64,000 nucleotides of DNA from an uncultured Planctomycetia bacterium. Its GTDB lineage: Bacteria > Omnitrophota > Gorgyraeia > Tantalellales > Tantalellaceae. A program made the translations under genes and the position numbers. The stretch covers positions 37,997-101,996 of the forward strand of contig CAYZXR010000001.1 of assembly GCA_964482475.1 (NCBI GenBank), in the 5' to 3' direction. The notes under the pieces are model-generated. The model made no database searches. It was not told the origin of the DNA and was given only the letters and a program-made list of their open reading frames with translations. Each line of letters opens with the position of its first letter. Positions within the stretch are counted from its first letter, which is position 1. Below are positions 1 to 15,000 of the stretch, one piece after another.

Positions 1-3000
1 GATCCGGCGGCACCATATTCAAAATAATCGCTGTTCTGATTCATGATTTCTTCAAAGAAATCCATTTCTATAGAGGCAACTTCAAAAACATCATCCCGAA
101 GAGCATCAAAAGAACCACCGTTTTCCATGCCTCTGGCAACTAAACCATCTTCCCTGTCCATAACCTTTCCATCTTGATAATCATACAATATCGAGGACAA
201 ACTTTCTTCTTTTTCAGCGTTTCTGGTATGAACTTGTTGTTTGAAAGTATCCGTCTCCGAGGAAAGCATGCTCAAAATATCGAAATTATAATAATCGTAG
301 TGCTCAACTCCTTTGTAGAAATTATCTTCATTAATTTTAAGGTTTTCTATATCGTAAAGTACATCTCTAACAGAGCGCAAGAAAGTAGTGGTAGCACCCT
401 CAACCCCTATCACAAGATAGGTGCTATCATCGAGAATGTCGTCAGCAGCCTCTCCTGCGTTGCTAACGTTATATGTTTGTACAATTGTTCCTTTTTTATC
501 AAGAGTAACTGTCAACTCATCAAACGTTAGTGGAGCAAAAATAGTATAATTCTGATTATCAAGCAAATAAGGTACAGTTTCTTCATTGGTTCTATCCATA
601 AGCAGACTTGATTTATCTTCTATTTCCTGGCATTTTTTAGCAAACGATCCTGTTTGTTCCTCATATCTATCCTCACCAACAACATAGTATTTATAGCTCT
701 CTCCCTCATAATCATCAACTTCAGTAGAATCCGTAACATTTTCTTTGTATTGGTAATCTCCGAAATTTTCTCCCGTTATTGAGCAAACCAATTCCTCAAT
801 TGTTCTTTCATAGCTTGTCTCATCTCTTTCCAATGCATCTCCGGCAATCTCCTCGAGTATACGTCGACCAACTTCCGCATACATAAGATCTTTATCATGC
901 GCATACGGCAAAAAGCTTAATGTTTCTTTTACCCCATAGGGCAACATATCCTCATTGATATCCGTACTTGCCATTATCGCATCATAGTTGTTATATCCAC
1001 CACACCACCAATCAGGAGAAAGATCATAATCCCAAGTACCCGCTGTAAGCATTTGTAATATTTTCATAACAGCATTTGAGTACTCATAATTCAATTCATC
1101 AAGCCTACTCTGCACAGTAGCGTCCGTGAAAAGAATGCCCACATCCGGACTCATTCTATAATTATTAAGCCATATCCATTTTTTGTGGAACTCATTACCA
1201 ACCTGCACCAATGCTTTAGTTGCCGCGTCAACAACCGACTTTCCCAATTCCTGAGCTATCGTTGTAGACAAGAGTTTGGTCTGACTATTTTCAATGATCG
1301 CATCGGCAAAATCCATCCGCTCAGAAAGATCAGTCTCATCATCAGCATATGTCTTGCTTGAAGGCACCCAGGAGTATTCATCAAACAATGTCTTCCTCTT
1401 CTGAGAAATACCGGAAACTTGTTTAATAAGGTCTTCAACTTTTGCTTGGTATTCTTTCACAGCTTCATCAGCTTTGTTTTGATAGACCTGATATGCCTGA
1501 CTTTCCTTTACCGCAAAATTAGAAAATTTCATATAAATACCGGAAGGAGCGTCCTTATGACTCAACTCTATAGTTGCCAATTCCGTGCTAATATCGGAAA
1601 CTTCACCAGTAACTTCCCAACCAAAAATAGCAGACTCATATTTGAGAGATGCTTCTCTAAATAACTTGTCAAACTCATTTAACAATTTTGTAAGTTCAAT
1701 ACCATTGACCATCTGTCGTCTTTCTTCTTCACTCAGATAAGGTGTAGTCAACGTTATTAAACCATGATATTTTTCTTCATCCTCATCTACGATCCCATCT
1801 CCGGAGAAATCAAATAATATTTCATCAGTCATATCAACGTTACCAAGCAAAAACTCAACCAGATACTGCCTCGTCGCGTCTCGGTAGTCCTCAATGTCCC
1901 TGATAAGAGCCCTGTATTCACCTTGCGAAATCTGGTTGTTTACCCTGTCAAGAGTAGCTTGATTCAATTTGTCAGCAACATCTTTTTCTAGAATTTCATA
2001 CATTTCTCCAAGTTTTTTACCACCGGCACCTATTTCCGCGGCATAATCCCTAAAAAAGCTTTCTTCTTCAACATCCAAAGTGGTTCTATCCATCTCATCA
2101 GCATAAATATAATTTTGTTCTTTGTACTCATCATCGTAAAATTTACCTTGCTGAACTAACGCTACCGGCACCAGAACGTCTTCATCCCATTCAACTTTAC
2201 CTGTCAACGCTATCTGGCCATCATACGGACCAATATTTTTTCTAACAATGGAATGTGTGACATACGCATCCGGGTTGCTACCCGTATAGTTAGCATTAGT
2301 CTCATTTTTGATAATCACATCACCCCAAGATATTATATCTCCTTCAACCACCTGAACATTACTTACCGCGAACGAATTAAGACCATTACGCGCTTCATAA
2401 CGTATTTCTGTTGGAATTATATTCCATTCTCCATCCGCATCCAGGTCATATACTTCTGTCTGATATAACTTATATTGCGTTATATCATCGTCAAGCGTAT
2501 CTGCATCCAACTCTTCATAGCCATATATGTCTATATACCACGCTCTTACAACTTGCTTCTGCGAACTTGTATAGTCTAATATTTCCTGCTTCGCAGGACG
2601 GTAATATTCCTGATCAAAATTCGCGAATTCAACATTAAGCACGGCCACCTGTTCAGAATAATCTTTCTGAGCCTGCTCCCTTATTAAAGAGTCACGCAAT
2701 ATAACTGCCTGACGCAAAACCTCACTGCCAGAAGAACTATTTAATTCCGAAATAATATCCTGGCGCCAATCCTCAAGTGTCATCTCCACATCCTGCGTTC
2801 CATCAATATTTTCATAAGGGATATTGTAATCGTTATGATACTGAACAATCCTCTTCCCTTGAGCGGATATTGTTCCATTTCCATCGATATCCGCGTCATT
2901 AGAATTAATCACACCATCACCATTTATATCAACTTTTGGAATCACGGTACCAGAAACTTCGTCATATTTGGAGCTCAAATGTGTTGTTGTTGGGCTATAC

Positions 3001-6000
3001 TGAACAATATCTCCTTTCACTTCCTCAAGAAGATCATCTATATTAAAACTACTTTTCACCCCTTGATACTGTACAACAAACGCTTTCGCTGTCTGCTGAT
3101 ATTGGAACATAGCCATTGATATCAATTGTGCCATATGATTTGAATAAGCTGTAAAAAAGTCGGCCGTTGCAGGTATATTATCATTCTTTTCTGTCACATC
3201 GCTTGTCCACTTTCTGCTCACATTTTCAACATCTACCGCTTTTAATGCCGCATCCATTTCTAATATCTCTATCGCATACTCGTCCATATATCCCAGGATA
3301 GGCGCTTCATAATTTTCAACGCTTCCCATCGACTGGCCGGTTGCGGGATCGTAACCCGGATCATCTATGACCGTTTTAAGCATAGCAACCAGTCCGTTAC
3401 TAATAGATTCGGCCTTCGCCAAAGCAACCAACGTGAACGGATCCGCGTCATCGCCCAAATCAAGAATCCCTTTATCCCAAAGGTTTGATATGTAGTCAAA
3501 ATAATCATTACCGGTAGAATATTCCCCGACAACAAGCTCACCAACATCATTAAACTCACCGGAGCCGGATATTACTTTGTACCCTGACGGAGCATTAGGA
3601 TCCTTCGCAATCGTTATATCTCCGAAATCGTCAGGTAACTTATATTCGATTTCATCACTAAACAGAAACAAAAGTTCTAATTCTTTATGAAATGTATCTA
3701 TCGCTAAGTTTGTTAAGGTCACATCAATATTAAGCACAAGATCGTCTACGGCCTTATCATAGTAATCCAAGTGACCCGGCTGATAGAACTCCCCCTTATC
3801 TTTCGATTCAAGCCATTTTGCAATAACCGTATCTCTTGTATCCTCGAACTCAGTCCCTATCTGTATGCCGATTTGATCCTCGGATACGATTTGATCAGCT
3901 TCCATCGCTATCCATGGATCCAGGGCATCCGTCCATACATCAACCGGGGAACCATCTTTTGTAACAGTAAGATAATATTTATCGCCCTCCATCTCTATGC
4001 TCGCGGAATACCCTGAAGTCATCACTTGACTTGATATTGCCGGATTCTGGTTACTAATACTTGTCCATGCTGTTGAATCAAGCTTCACTTCACCTGCTGT
4101 AACTATTTCATTTAGATCTTTATCATAAGCGTATAACGTATAGCTTCCGCCTTTTTGAGTCGGATCAGATCCCACTAGACTTTGTTTTCTTACCCCGGAG
4201 TTTTCAGCAGTATTACTCATACTCTGCGCGGCCTGCTGCTTACGCTGTATCATAACGTATTTATAGTCGCTTCTTGCTTTCTCAATGTATTCAACTTCAT
4301 CAACAACTTTACCACCTACTGTCGTCGAACTATCCTCTGTTATTAATTCCAATAGACTGCTGCTTGTTGATGTCGGCTCATCATCCATAATAGTGTCAAA
4401 GACTTCATCTTTTTTCTTGTTGTACTCTGTAATAGCTCTGGCTATCTTATAAATAGCACTATCGTTTAAAATGCCTCCAGTAATAGTTCCCAAAGTCTGG
4501 TTGTTCTTGTCAAGTTCGTCATAAACATGTTCATACCCGGCTACCGATCCCAAAACACCTTCCATATACCCCTTTACAGTTGAATCAGTTTCATAGGTGT
4601 CATTGTGTAATTCCTCGAAACCATCGGTAAACAATATATTTTTTCTGTCTCCTTCTCCAGCTTCGTCATATTGATCATTATTATTCGAATCTACATACCA
4701 TTCACCATCGTCCCATTCGCCGTTATTATTCCTATCCGTATATTGTTCGCCATTGTCTCCTCCCAACCATTTTAAAAATTCTTCCGTAAACGAAGCTGAT
4801 GTCTGTATCGATACCCCATCTTCGTTAATGAAAACAATATCACCTGATTGACTGACTTCAATACGCTTAAGATTTTTAACTTTCACAGTCTGTTCGGTCC
4901 ATTCCGGATCACCATTACTGTCCCAAACAAAGTTTCCTTCCTCGTCACGCTCCTGAATTTGAAACGTTATCTCTTCAGCTTCACTAAAAATGCGTCCAAG
5001 ATAATCCATAAAATCGATAATATCTTCTGTCAGATTGTTCGCCGCGCTATCGTTTCCTATATACCAAACAATAAGTTCGATCCAGTCTTTAAATTCATTT
5101 CTACTTGTACTTGCATTGTAGTCAGTAGACAAAACGTTTCCATCTGAACCGTATTGAACACCAATATCTATCGTTGTTCTCTTCGACCACCAATCGAACA
5201 TCGGTTTTAAAACTTGTATTCCGTCCCCCGGATTCAAAAGATTAGAATTCCCATACTGGTTAGTATCATATATATCCACGGCTGTATTCGCACCCGCCAG
5301 AGTTCCAGAGCTAGCCGGAGCCATCCAATTCAAAGCATTGGGGTTTAGATAAATGCCTCCATCCGGCTCGTAACCAGGGGCCCATCCTTCATTAGTAAAT
5401 TCCCAGTCATATGTCAGTTCGGTAACACCTTTTTCTGTCACTCTGTAATAGTTATCCAGTTCGAAAACGACCTGGCTTATAGCTGCATCTATCTCATCAT
5501 CCCGTTCATCTTTCGCGGTTTCAAGCTTTGTCTGGTATTCGTTTAACCTGTCCTGTATTTCCTTCATTCTCTGTTCCAGAGGAACTTCCTCACGCGTTAC
5601 AGTCTCACTATTACCATCTTCGTCAATAACTGTTTTTGTACCACCCTCAAGTTCAAAAAGACGCTGATCCCTCAGTTCTGCCCACATCGACTCTCTATCA
5701 GAAACAATATTACCATTCGAATCCAAGCTAACTGAATCTGAAGCTCTATCATTAAACTCGACAAGAGTAACCTTTTTATCGCCTGAATCAAATCTGTATT
5801 TAAGGGTCATCCCAACATAACTTTTACTGGCACTTCCTTCAGTCCCTCTGTAAATATAAACCATATAATCTGTACATCCCGCGGGAGTGTTAACTGTCTG
5901 GGTTAATTTTTCACATTTAAACTCATAGTTTCCGAAATCATCCGGTATAAGCGCCTGACCATATTCTTCGTTATATCCAGACGTATCGGTTGATCTTTCG

Positions 6001-9000
6001 TCATAATCATCCTCATCTGTTGAATATTGCTTTTTCCATACATTCTTAATCGCTCCGGTTTCTTCATCAATATCAAGCGAGAACGAAGGATTATCTCCAT
6101 CACTTACGACCCACGCCTCAGTTTCAGAATCTTTTTCCCACACGGTTCCCGGATCCGAATCAGGATCGGATTTTTCCAACCACACCGCGGGCACCAGTGG
6201 AGTCCCCTCATTGTCAGTCTTTCTGGCCCAATAAGATGTTCTCCATGCTTTCCATGAAACAACGTCATCGCCGATATATTCCTTAACAATTGTTCTTTCT
6301 TCAGTCAAATGTTTGATCTCGTCATCTGTCAATCGGTCTCCGGAATCAACCAGATCATCGTTAAATGCTTTAATGTTTTCAGGAACAACTTTTTCACTAT
6401 AAGTCTCTATCATGTATATCGCCTGGCCATCTGAGGTTAGATACTCGGAAAAGTCCGCCAAAGTCTTAACCTCGCCTGAACTCGCGTCATAATAAGCTAC
6501 TTTATTCCCGTCCATATCATAATAATCATACAAATGATCCACCTTTACGCGATGCATCTCTATCTTGCCAGAAGCGTCTCTGACAATCTCGCCTGATTCG
6601 CCATACATACTATTCCCATACTCTTCAAATCTAACTTTTATACCATCTTCATTCAATGTCGTAACACTTCCATTAGGACTAGTAACGTATGTTTCTTTTA
6701 TTTTGTCATCCACTGTCCTATCAATTATTTTCCCTCCTGAGAACCCATTTAAACGCTCCCACGCCTTTGCGGCTCTTGCTGCTGCTACTGCTTTTTCTGC
6801 TACTACTACCGCGGCTGCTGCTAATCTTGCTGCTACTGCTCCTGCGGCTGCGGCTACTGCTGCTGCTGCTTCTGCTGCTTCTGCTGCTTCTGCTGCTGCT
6901 TCTGCTGATATGTCTCCTGTTATTCCCGCTGTTGCTGCTTCTTCTGCTACTGTTGCTGCTGCTTCTGCTACTGTTGCTGCTTCTTCTGCTGCTGCTACTG
7001 CTTCTGCAACTTCTGCTGCTGCTGCTACAACGGCGGTTACTGCTGTTGTTGCTGCTGCTGTCGCTGCTGTTGTTGCTGCTGTTGCTGCTGTTGCTGCTAT
7101 TGCCGTTGCTAATGCTACTGCTTCTTCTGCTGCCTCTGCGACGGTAGCTGCTGCTTCTGCAACGGTAGCTGCTGCTTCTTCTGCGGTAGCAGCATAAGCG
7201 GCTGCTTCTCTTGCCGCTACCGCTGCTGCTTCTACTGCTGCTTCTTCTTCTACTGCTTCTGCGGCTGCTGCTTCTTCTGCTGCTGCTTCTGCGGCTGCTG
7301 CTTCTTCTTCTTCTTCTGCTGCTGCGGCTGCTACTTCTGCTGCTGCTGCGGCTGCTACTTCTGCTGCTGCTGCGGCTAATACTGCGGCTGCTGCTGCAAC
7401 TGCTGGACCACAAACAATAAGATTACCATCTAAATCAAAGCTAACTGAATTATCGTTATGTCCTAAAGGAATGACTTCTCCCTCTCTACTATCGTTTTTA
7501 TATCTGTATTTCTCTGACACAAGTAGCTGAGCTGGCACACTTGATGTTTCCTTTGTAAAAATGTAAAGTTCAAAATCCCTAAAATCCTCTATCGAATCAT
7601 GTTCCATAAGCATACATACAAAATCATATTCTTCGTAATCCTCATAGTATTCTTCATATTCTTCATCATATTCCTGATTTTGAGAGGGCGTAATGTCCAC
7701 TACCTCTCCATATACATCAAAATGAATATCCACTAACGGTATATGCCTCTCAGTATCCACAATCCTTCCTTCTAGTTTCAGCCACGATGATTCGGTAAAA
7801 TCTTTCCACGCGCTTCCAGGTAATGGACTATCATCCAATATATCAGATGTATAGGGTGTATCATCAGCCTTTTCAACCCATTCCCTATCACCATTCGTAT
7901 CGGGTATTTCGGCCTGAACCCAATAAGATGTCCTCCATGTTTCCCATGAAACGACTTTTCCTAGCCGATATTCCTTTATGATTTCCCTCGTTTTTGACAA
8001 ATGCTTAATATCATTATCTGTCAACGGATCCTTACCAACACTAACCAACTCCTCATTAAGTGCTTTAATATCTTCAGAAAAAACCGTCTCAGTATAGGTC
8101 TCTTCCATATGCAGTGCCGAACCATCCAATGCCATATAATCTTCATACTCTACATCCACCAACGTTTTAACTTCACCTGAAACCGTATCGTAATAAGAAA
8201 CTTTATTTCCATCCGCATCATAATAATCATAAGCATGAATGGCTTTTACCCTATACATCTCAATCTCTCCGGAAGAATCCCTCGTAATGTTCCCTGCATC
8301 ATCATAAATGCTGTCTCTGTATTCTTCCACTCTAACTCTTACCCCATCTTCGTTGAATGTCTCAACACTGTCTGGACCAAAGTCTAATACTTCCTTTAGT
8401 TTTACATCCAAAGGAAGAAGCCGATCGACAAGACCATACCCAACTTTATAATCACCATTGTTATCGTAACCATCAATGTCGTAACCATCAATGTCGTAAC
8501 CATCAGGATCGTAACCATCAATGTCGTAACCATTAGGATCGTAACCATCGATGTCGTAACCATCAGGATCGTAACCATCAATGTCGTAACCATTGGAATC
8601 GTAACCATCAGGATCGTAACCATTAGGATCGTAACCATCAATGTCGTAACCGTTAGTATTGTAACCACTAGTGTCGTAACCATTGTTATCGTAACCACTA
8701 ATGTCGTAACCATTGTTATCGTAACCATCAATGTCGTAACCACCGATACCGTAACCATTGATATCATAACCATTGACGTCATAACCATTGATATCATAAC
8801 CATTAGCGTCATAACCATTGGCGTCATAATCAGATGTTCCATCCGAGCTACCAATGTCTTTCAATTTATAACTGTATTTATTTACGACACCATACTTATC
8901 AATAACTTTGAGTTTGACACCCTCTTCATTCATAAAAACAGTAGTACCTTCGCTATTAGCCGTATTCGATTGACTCAAACCATCTTCAGTAATAATGCTC

Positions 9001-12000
9001 GTTTCGACTGATTCGATACCATGTCTGTAGCTATCAGGACTAGTTGTAGCAACAGATATCAAGTCCTGATTCTCGTCATAATAATAGCTGTAATAATGTG
9101 TAACGCCTGTTTCATCTATCTCTCTGACAAGTTTTTCTTTACCCGGTTCTCCACTGTACTCGTATGTAGCTTTTCTGATCGGACTCGCGGCATACTCCTC
9201 AGTTCCATACTCGAGATATCTTGTAACTTCTTTTGCAACAAGCCTTCCATCATCACCATACTGGCATGCAGTTACAGAATCTATCTCTTCTATACCTGTC
9301 ATGGAATTTTTTCTGTATTTACGCTCTATATCGATATCCTCTTTGTCTCCAACACTCTCATAAGAAACGACAGAATCAATAACATCATAACCACCTACTG
9401 ATTCCTTGCTAGTGGTAACTGATTGCAACGCACCCATCGAGTCATAATTGTAAACACCGGTTCTTTCAACATCAGTATAATTAGCCTGACCATCCGCCGC
9501 GTAAGATATTGATTTTTCCGTACGTTCATGAGTGTCAACACCTCCGTATATGATCAAAGTATGTTGTTGGAAAAACCCGGACAAATCGCGTTCTATACTC
9601 CCATCCAAAGATATATCATACATGTTTGTATAGTTGATTTGATCAATAAAATCCAGATCTCCCCGATCCTTATCGCCGGCAATATCATCCTCATCAGCAT
9701 CAAGATACCCACCAAACCCGTCAACATTATGATAGGCGTCCGCATAATAACTATTATCGTTGTAATAGTAATAGCTACTTTCCGACAACAACCTCCAATC
9801 AATCACTTCATCAATTGAATCAAATTTCTTATCTTCCACTTTCACATATTGGATCTTTTCATAACCTTTCTCACCTTGATACTCCATGGTACGCTTTAGT
9901 GTTTTCGGATCAAATACGGTTTCTTCGGAACCGCTAACAGCAATTGATGGGTATGTGTAATCGTACTCATACGCCAGCATTTCATCTATCGCATGGTCAC
10001 TATCATATGTATACTCTATTCTTCCCGAAAGTATCAGCTCCGTCCCATCAGAAAAATAATTCGAGGAAAGTGTTTGGCCCACACTATCAAGTTCATGTTT
10101 AATCTGGTTTTGGTCTATAGCATAGTTTTCTACATTGTCTATTCTTTCATTCCCGCTAGCACCTTCATACTCGATTTTGCTTTCTTTTGTAAAGTCGTCA
10201 CGGTATCTTTCCATTAATAACATTTGTTTTGTGTCCACGTCATATATGAAATCATCCCAACTTTTTATTTCACCATTTGTCTGGTAGTAATTAATACTGT
10301 AATTGGCTTTTTCCTCGTCTTTCATACCGGTATATTGCGTACGGCTTATCAATGCTCCATCCTTCAGAGTCTCGGTATATCTCAAGGCTCCATGCATTTT
10401 GAGATATTCCTCGGTTACAACTAACGCGTCAATATCCAACAGAATATCCGACTCTGTCATTCCCGATATTATTCCTGAACAATTCAAAGCCTTAGACTGA
10501 AGATCGTTACTCATTGCCAGAAGATCTTCAGCAACCGCGCTTGTTCCCAAATTCCGCAAAACAACAATCTCGTCTATAGCATTTTGTATATTAGTTTTCG
10601 CCTCCTGCACAATGCTCGCCCTCTTCACGCCTGCCTCAGCAATATCTGCCATGACCAGTTCCTGTATCCTACCAAACTCATCTTTTATTGCATCATAATA
10701 TTTTCTCACCTCAATTGTTCTTCCCATCTCTTCGGAAATCCCTGTTATCCTTAAAAGAACATCTGCCGCGTAATCACTTTCACTTCCTGGAAGAGTTATT
10801 TGAACAGCTGTCACTGTGTCTTCGATATACTCCATTGTTTTCATATAAGCATACAACTCTTCTGCCTCGGTTTTGCGCGCTCCTTCTATCGCGGCATTAC
10901 TCGTAAGCACATCATTCATTTGAACCACAAGATTATAATATCCAAAAATCTTACTTATCTTACTCGCTTCCCCATACTGAGTCCCGTCTTCTTCATATGA
11001 CGACATAGAAGCAATAGCACTTGTCATACCGATAAGGCTGTCTTGTATCGCACTATCATAACTGATCTCCGCGACATAACCAATACTATCCTTGTACAGC
11101 ACGGCCTCCTCATACATTTCCTCAAACCCGTCTTTTGTCTCTTCCGCAGTTTCTTTAACACTCTTAGAATTCCATTTATCCGCACTATCGCTCATGTAAA
11201 GTACTGATTTTTCCATATATTCTGAAATTTTAGCTAAGTTTTCAAACTGATCATTAACTTTGACTTTATCCAAAATTTCTCTAGCGTCAGAAACTGAAGT
11301 AATTATGCCACTACCGCTAATTGCGCTACTAGCACGTGATGAGGTTTGTCTAATCGAGGCAATCTCCAATCCCTTAATCTTACATTCCGCATCAAGCGAC
11401 TCATACTCGTTTCTTAGCTCAGCTCCTGATGCCGGCCAAACCAATAGTCGGCTATTCGCTTCAGACAAATCTGAAAACGCCTGTTTTTCAGTATCAGTGA
11501 TCTCTACCAAAAGTTTATTATCAGTATCTATTGCTACCTGCAAGTCATCTATCGATTTTTCGAGAAACTCAACTTCAGCCTCTTTAAGGTAAACTTCTCC
11601 CCTCGCTCTCTGGGCAACGGCATCAGCGGTCCTATAGGACCCATCCCCAGCATCTCTCAATCCCTGTGCATATTCTTTAAGCATATCACGGCGCGATTCC
11701 AAGTCAGACAGCTCCGTCTCTAACACTGTCAACTGTCTCTGTTTTTCACTCTTTTCAGTTGCAAACGCGTCTTTTTCAGCTACAAGTTTTTCTTTTTCAA
11801 TAACAATGTTCTCATATTCATCTTGAAGCTTATTCTTCTGGTCTATCAAAAGATCTTCATAATCATCAGCCAATATTTTCGCGATATCTCTTTCCTCTTT
11901 GAGCTTGTCCAATTCCAAACTAACCGCATTATAGAGATTCTGCAAAGTTAATGCTTCTTGATAATCCTGAATAAACCCGGCATTACTGGTAAGTGAATTA

Positions 12001-15000
12001 GCTGTAAGTGTCATTTGAGCTGTCTTAAGCATCACATTCATCAAGCTTTGACTAGCAGCCTTGGCTTTTTCTCTCTCTTCATCAGTCGCACCTGACTCCA
12101 TTTTACTTATTTCATCTAGAAAACCAGTTAAGATCTGCTGACCAGCCTCTGCCTGCAAATTTGTCTGTTTTTTAAGATCAGCCGCGGAACTTTCACCTCT
12201 AAGTAAAGCTTTTTCAAGTTCATCCCTGCTACTAGCGCTAACAAGAGATTTGGTTATCTCTTCCGACAATCTAGCTGCCGCTGAACGCTGTGAAACGCCT
12301 TCATTCCTTTCTGTGATCCCGAGTACTTCCTCAGCAAGCCTGTCCCTATATTCGTTAATAGAATTAGTGTTGTTCTGAACATATTCCGCTAACTGCTGAA
12401 AAGAATTTGCTACCCTCAACGAATCCTGAACATCATCATAAAGTGATGCCTCTGCTTTCATTTGCAGATCCAAAGCTTCATCCTTAATATCTCTTGCCTC
12501 CTTGGAAAGCCCCTCAGATAGAAACATCCTGCTAATTCCCACGTTTTGTGAATTTCCAAACGCGTCTCTGCTATATACATCCACAAGCACATACCCTGCC
12601 GCAGGCGATGGAATACTCTCGGCTGACTGCCTTTTTAATTCCAGGCTACCATCCGGTAATGTCCTATACCCAGTCGGAGCATAAGTTTCTCCCGACCATT
12701 TAAAATAGGTCTGATCGCCTATCTTTTTTTCGAACTTATATTCAAGTTTCATGGTGTTTTCATCGGTCTCATCCCAAAGAACTGGTTCAGCTCCCAACTC
12801 CCTGGTTAATTTATCCAAAAATCCCGTCTTTTCCAGATCATCATCTTCTTTCGCAAAGTATGTCAAATAATCTTCCGAGGCTTCATACTCCGTTTGCGCC
12901 CATATCACTAATTCCCTGGTCTCAAAATAATACTTGTATTGTGCTTCTCTCTTTTTAACAGCTGCGTCATAAACAGCTTTTTTGGATATTGTATCCCAAT
13001 GTTCCGATCCTAAACCGTCCCTTGCCGCATCGTAAGCCTCTAAAGCATCTCTTTCTTCTGATAACGCTCTTGAATACTCCAGGCTAGCTATATCTCTAAT
13101 GGCCACAGCCTTATCCCACTTACTTTTCATTTCATCACGTCGGTCAGACGCTAATATTTTAAATCTCTCCGCAATTTTGATTTCTTCCACTTTTTGGTTA
13201 ACTTCATGCTCCTTTTCCCTATATTCACGTTCTTTTTCGTAGTATCCCGTAACAAGAGGAGTGGAAGTGGAATCGTCGAACCACGTAGCGTTTATTTCTT
13301 TATAGAGCCTAAACGAATCGTCAAGTTCATCACTAGATTGCAAAACAGGAATCGGCATCTGCGCCATTCTGTAATCGATCTCTCTTCTCTCAATGTTCTG
13401 CTGTTTTATCTCCATAAAATCATAAATATCGTCATTGATTTTCTCTAGTGCTTCTTCCATGGCGATTACCGCAAAATCCGGTGCGATCATCGAGTATGGT
13501 TTGGTATACGCAACAGTGTCGTGCGCCGTATAGGCATCATTATAGGCATTTGCCTCAACAGCTGATTTCCATTCTTCGTCAGACTCAAATATTGATCTAT
13601 CAACTGAAATGAATGTTCTTTCATAATAAGCAACAGCATCGTCTATCGCGTCAGTAACACTTTTATTGGTTGTAAAAGATTCCAGATCATGGTCAACACT
13701 GTAAGTGTCGTCCGTTGTTGCCCCTATTTCATCAGCATATTCCAAAGCCGTCTCAACAACATCCATATAAGCTCGTCTATATTCTTCCAGTGCCACATCA
13801 AGATTGTCTTTTGCAGCGTCTCGGGTAGATTGCAAATTTGCCAAAATAGATTCATCATCGATCGCATCAAGTTCTCTGTACCTTTCGTTGTATTCTTCAC
13901 AAGCATCCAGATATTTTTTATTTAACCTTTCAACATCTTTTTCCATCTCTTCGGCTGTCTGTCGTTTATAGTAAAGTATGTCTTCCATTAGGTCTTGAGT
14001 TTTTTTCAAATCCTCAAAACTCACCAGATCAACATAATAGCGATTAATGACCTTCGTCCTTAAAATCTTCTGTTCCTCTACCCATTCGTTCCACTTGGTA
14101 TAATCAGAATATACACTTTCAAAAGATTGCGTAGTACCGTTAAGAAAAACATCGTAATCTTCAAAATATTTAGTCCGCTTCGCCCTATCATAATCCGGCT
14201 CCATCGTGGCAACTAATTCCGCCATTGTCATATTCATTTCTTCTCTTGCATCTTCCATCTCAAGACGGGATTCTTCCATTTTATATCCAAGACTATCTAC
14301 TGTATGCCATGGAATGTCGGTATCTCTCTTGAGTATTCCCAGCTCGCTGTCTGGTTCCATAAAAAGTCCATCGTAATTATTTCTATTAGCGGATAGCTCA
14401 AATCCAATAGTCTCGCATCCATACAGTATCAATACTACCGGTATGACGAACACCTTTCCTGTATAGCTTTCATATATTTCATCTAATTCTTCAATTTTAT
14501 CGGCATAATATTCAACAACACTTATGCTTTCTCCTGTATCTTTCGCGTTTTTCCAGTTCGAAAACGCGATCTGTAAATCAACTTTCAACACGGCAATCTT
14601 TTCCTCGAGTCTAGCAAGAGCAACCAGTCCCTGCTTATAATTATCATAAGCATTGTCGTATTCCTCTTTTGCGTTATTGTATATAGCCTGTTTAACCTTG
14701 TATTCACCTTCAATGATTTTCTGCTCCGGAGTAAAGTCTACAACATTATCCATAGCGCTGTTGGCATCAGAAGTCAACTCATCCGAAATATCATCCATCA
14801 GCGCCCAAACACCATCCATATAACTTACCGTGTTAGTAACTTCTGTTTTAACCTGCTCAGCCTGGTCGGATATTTCAGACAGTGCACTTGAATATTCCTC
14901 GGCATATCTTATTGCCATTTCACTGTAATTTGCGCTTTCTCGCAAAGAATTTGCCTCATTTTTAGCCTTTGTATATTCTTTGCGTGATTTACTGGCAAGT

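Larger units (their letters stand above)
1..5750 (-). other. C-terminal-most visible region. Mixed alpha/beta, less repetitive and apparently globular, with embedded calcium-binding motifs. The gene continues past position 1.
   Basis: Verified samples: 841–899 gives HDKDLMYAEVGRRILEEIAG; 5,341–5,400 gives FTNEGWAPGYEPDGGIYLNP; 1–59 gives FFEEIMNQNSDYFEYGAAG with no stop. Confidence 0.4.

Noticed and set aside
6565-7420. The + strand ORFs 6,565–7,197 (poly-Ala/Thr), 6,689–7,147 and 7,211–7,420 (poly-Leu), and the minus ORF 6,721–7,413 (Ser/Arg-rich).
   Set aside because: They are alternate-frame or antisense readings of the (GCN)n repeat that encodes the Ala/Glu linker in the main minus frame. 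They are low-complexity artefacts, not genes.
8402-8854. The minus ORF 8,402–8,854 (MVTILMVT... repeats), or a possible CRISPR-like repeat array.
   Set aside because: It is the off-frame reading of the 15-nt DGYD-x minisatellite. The repeats are contiguous with no spacers and lie inside a coding frame, so it is not CRISPR.
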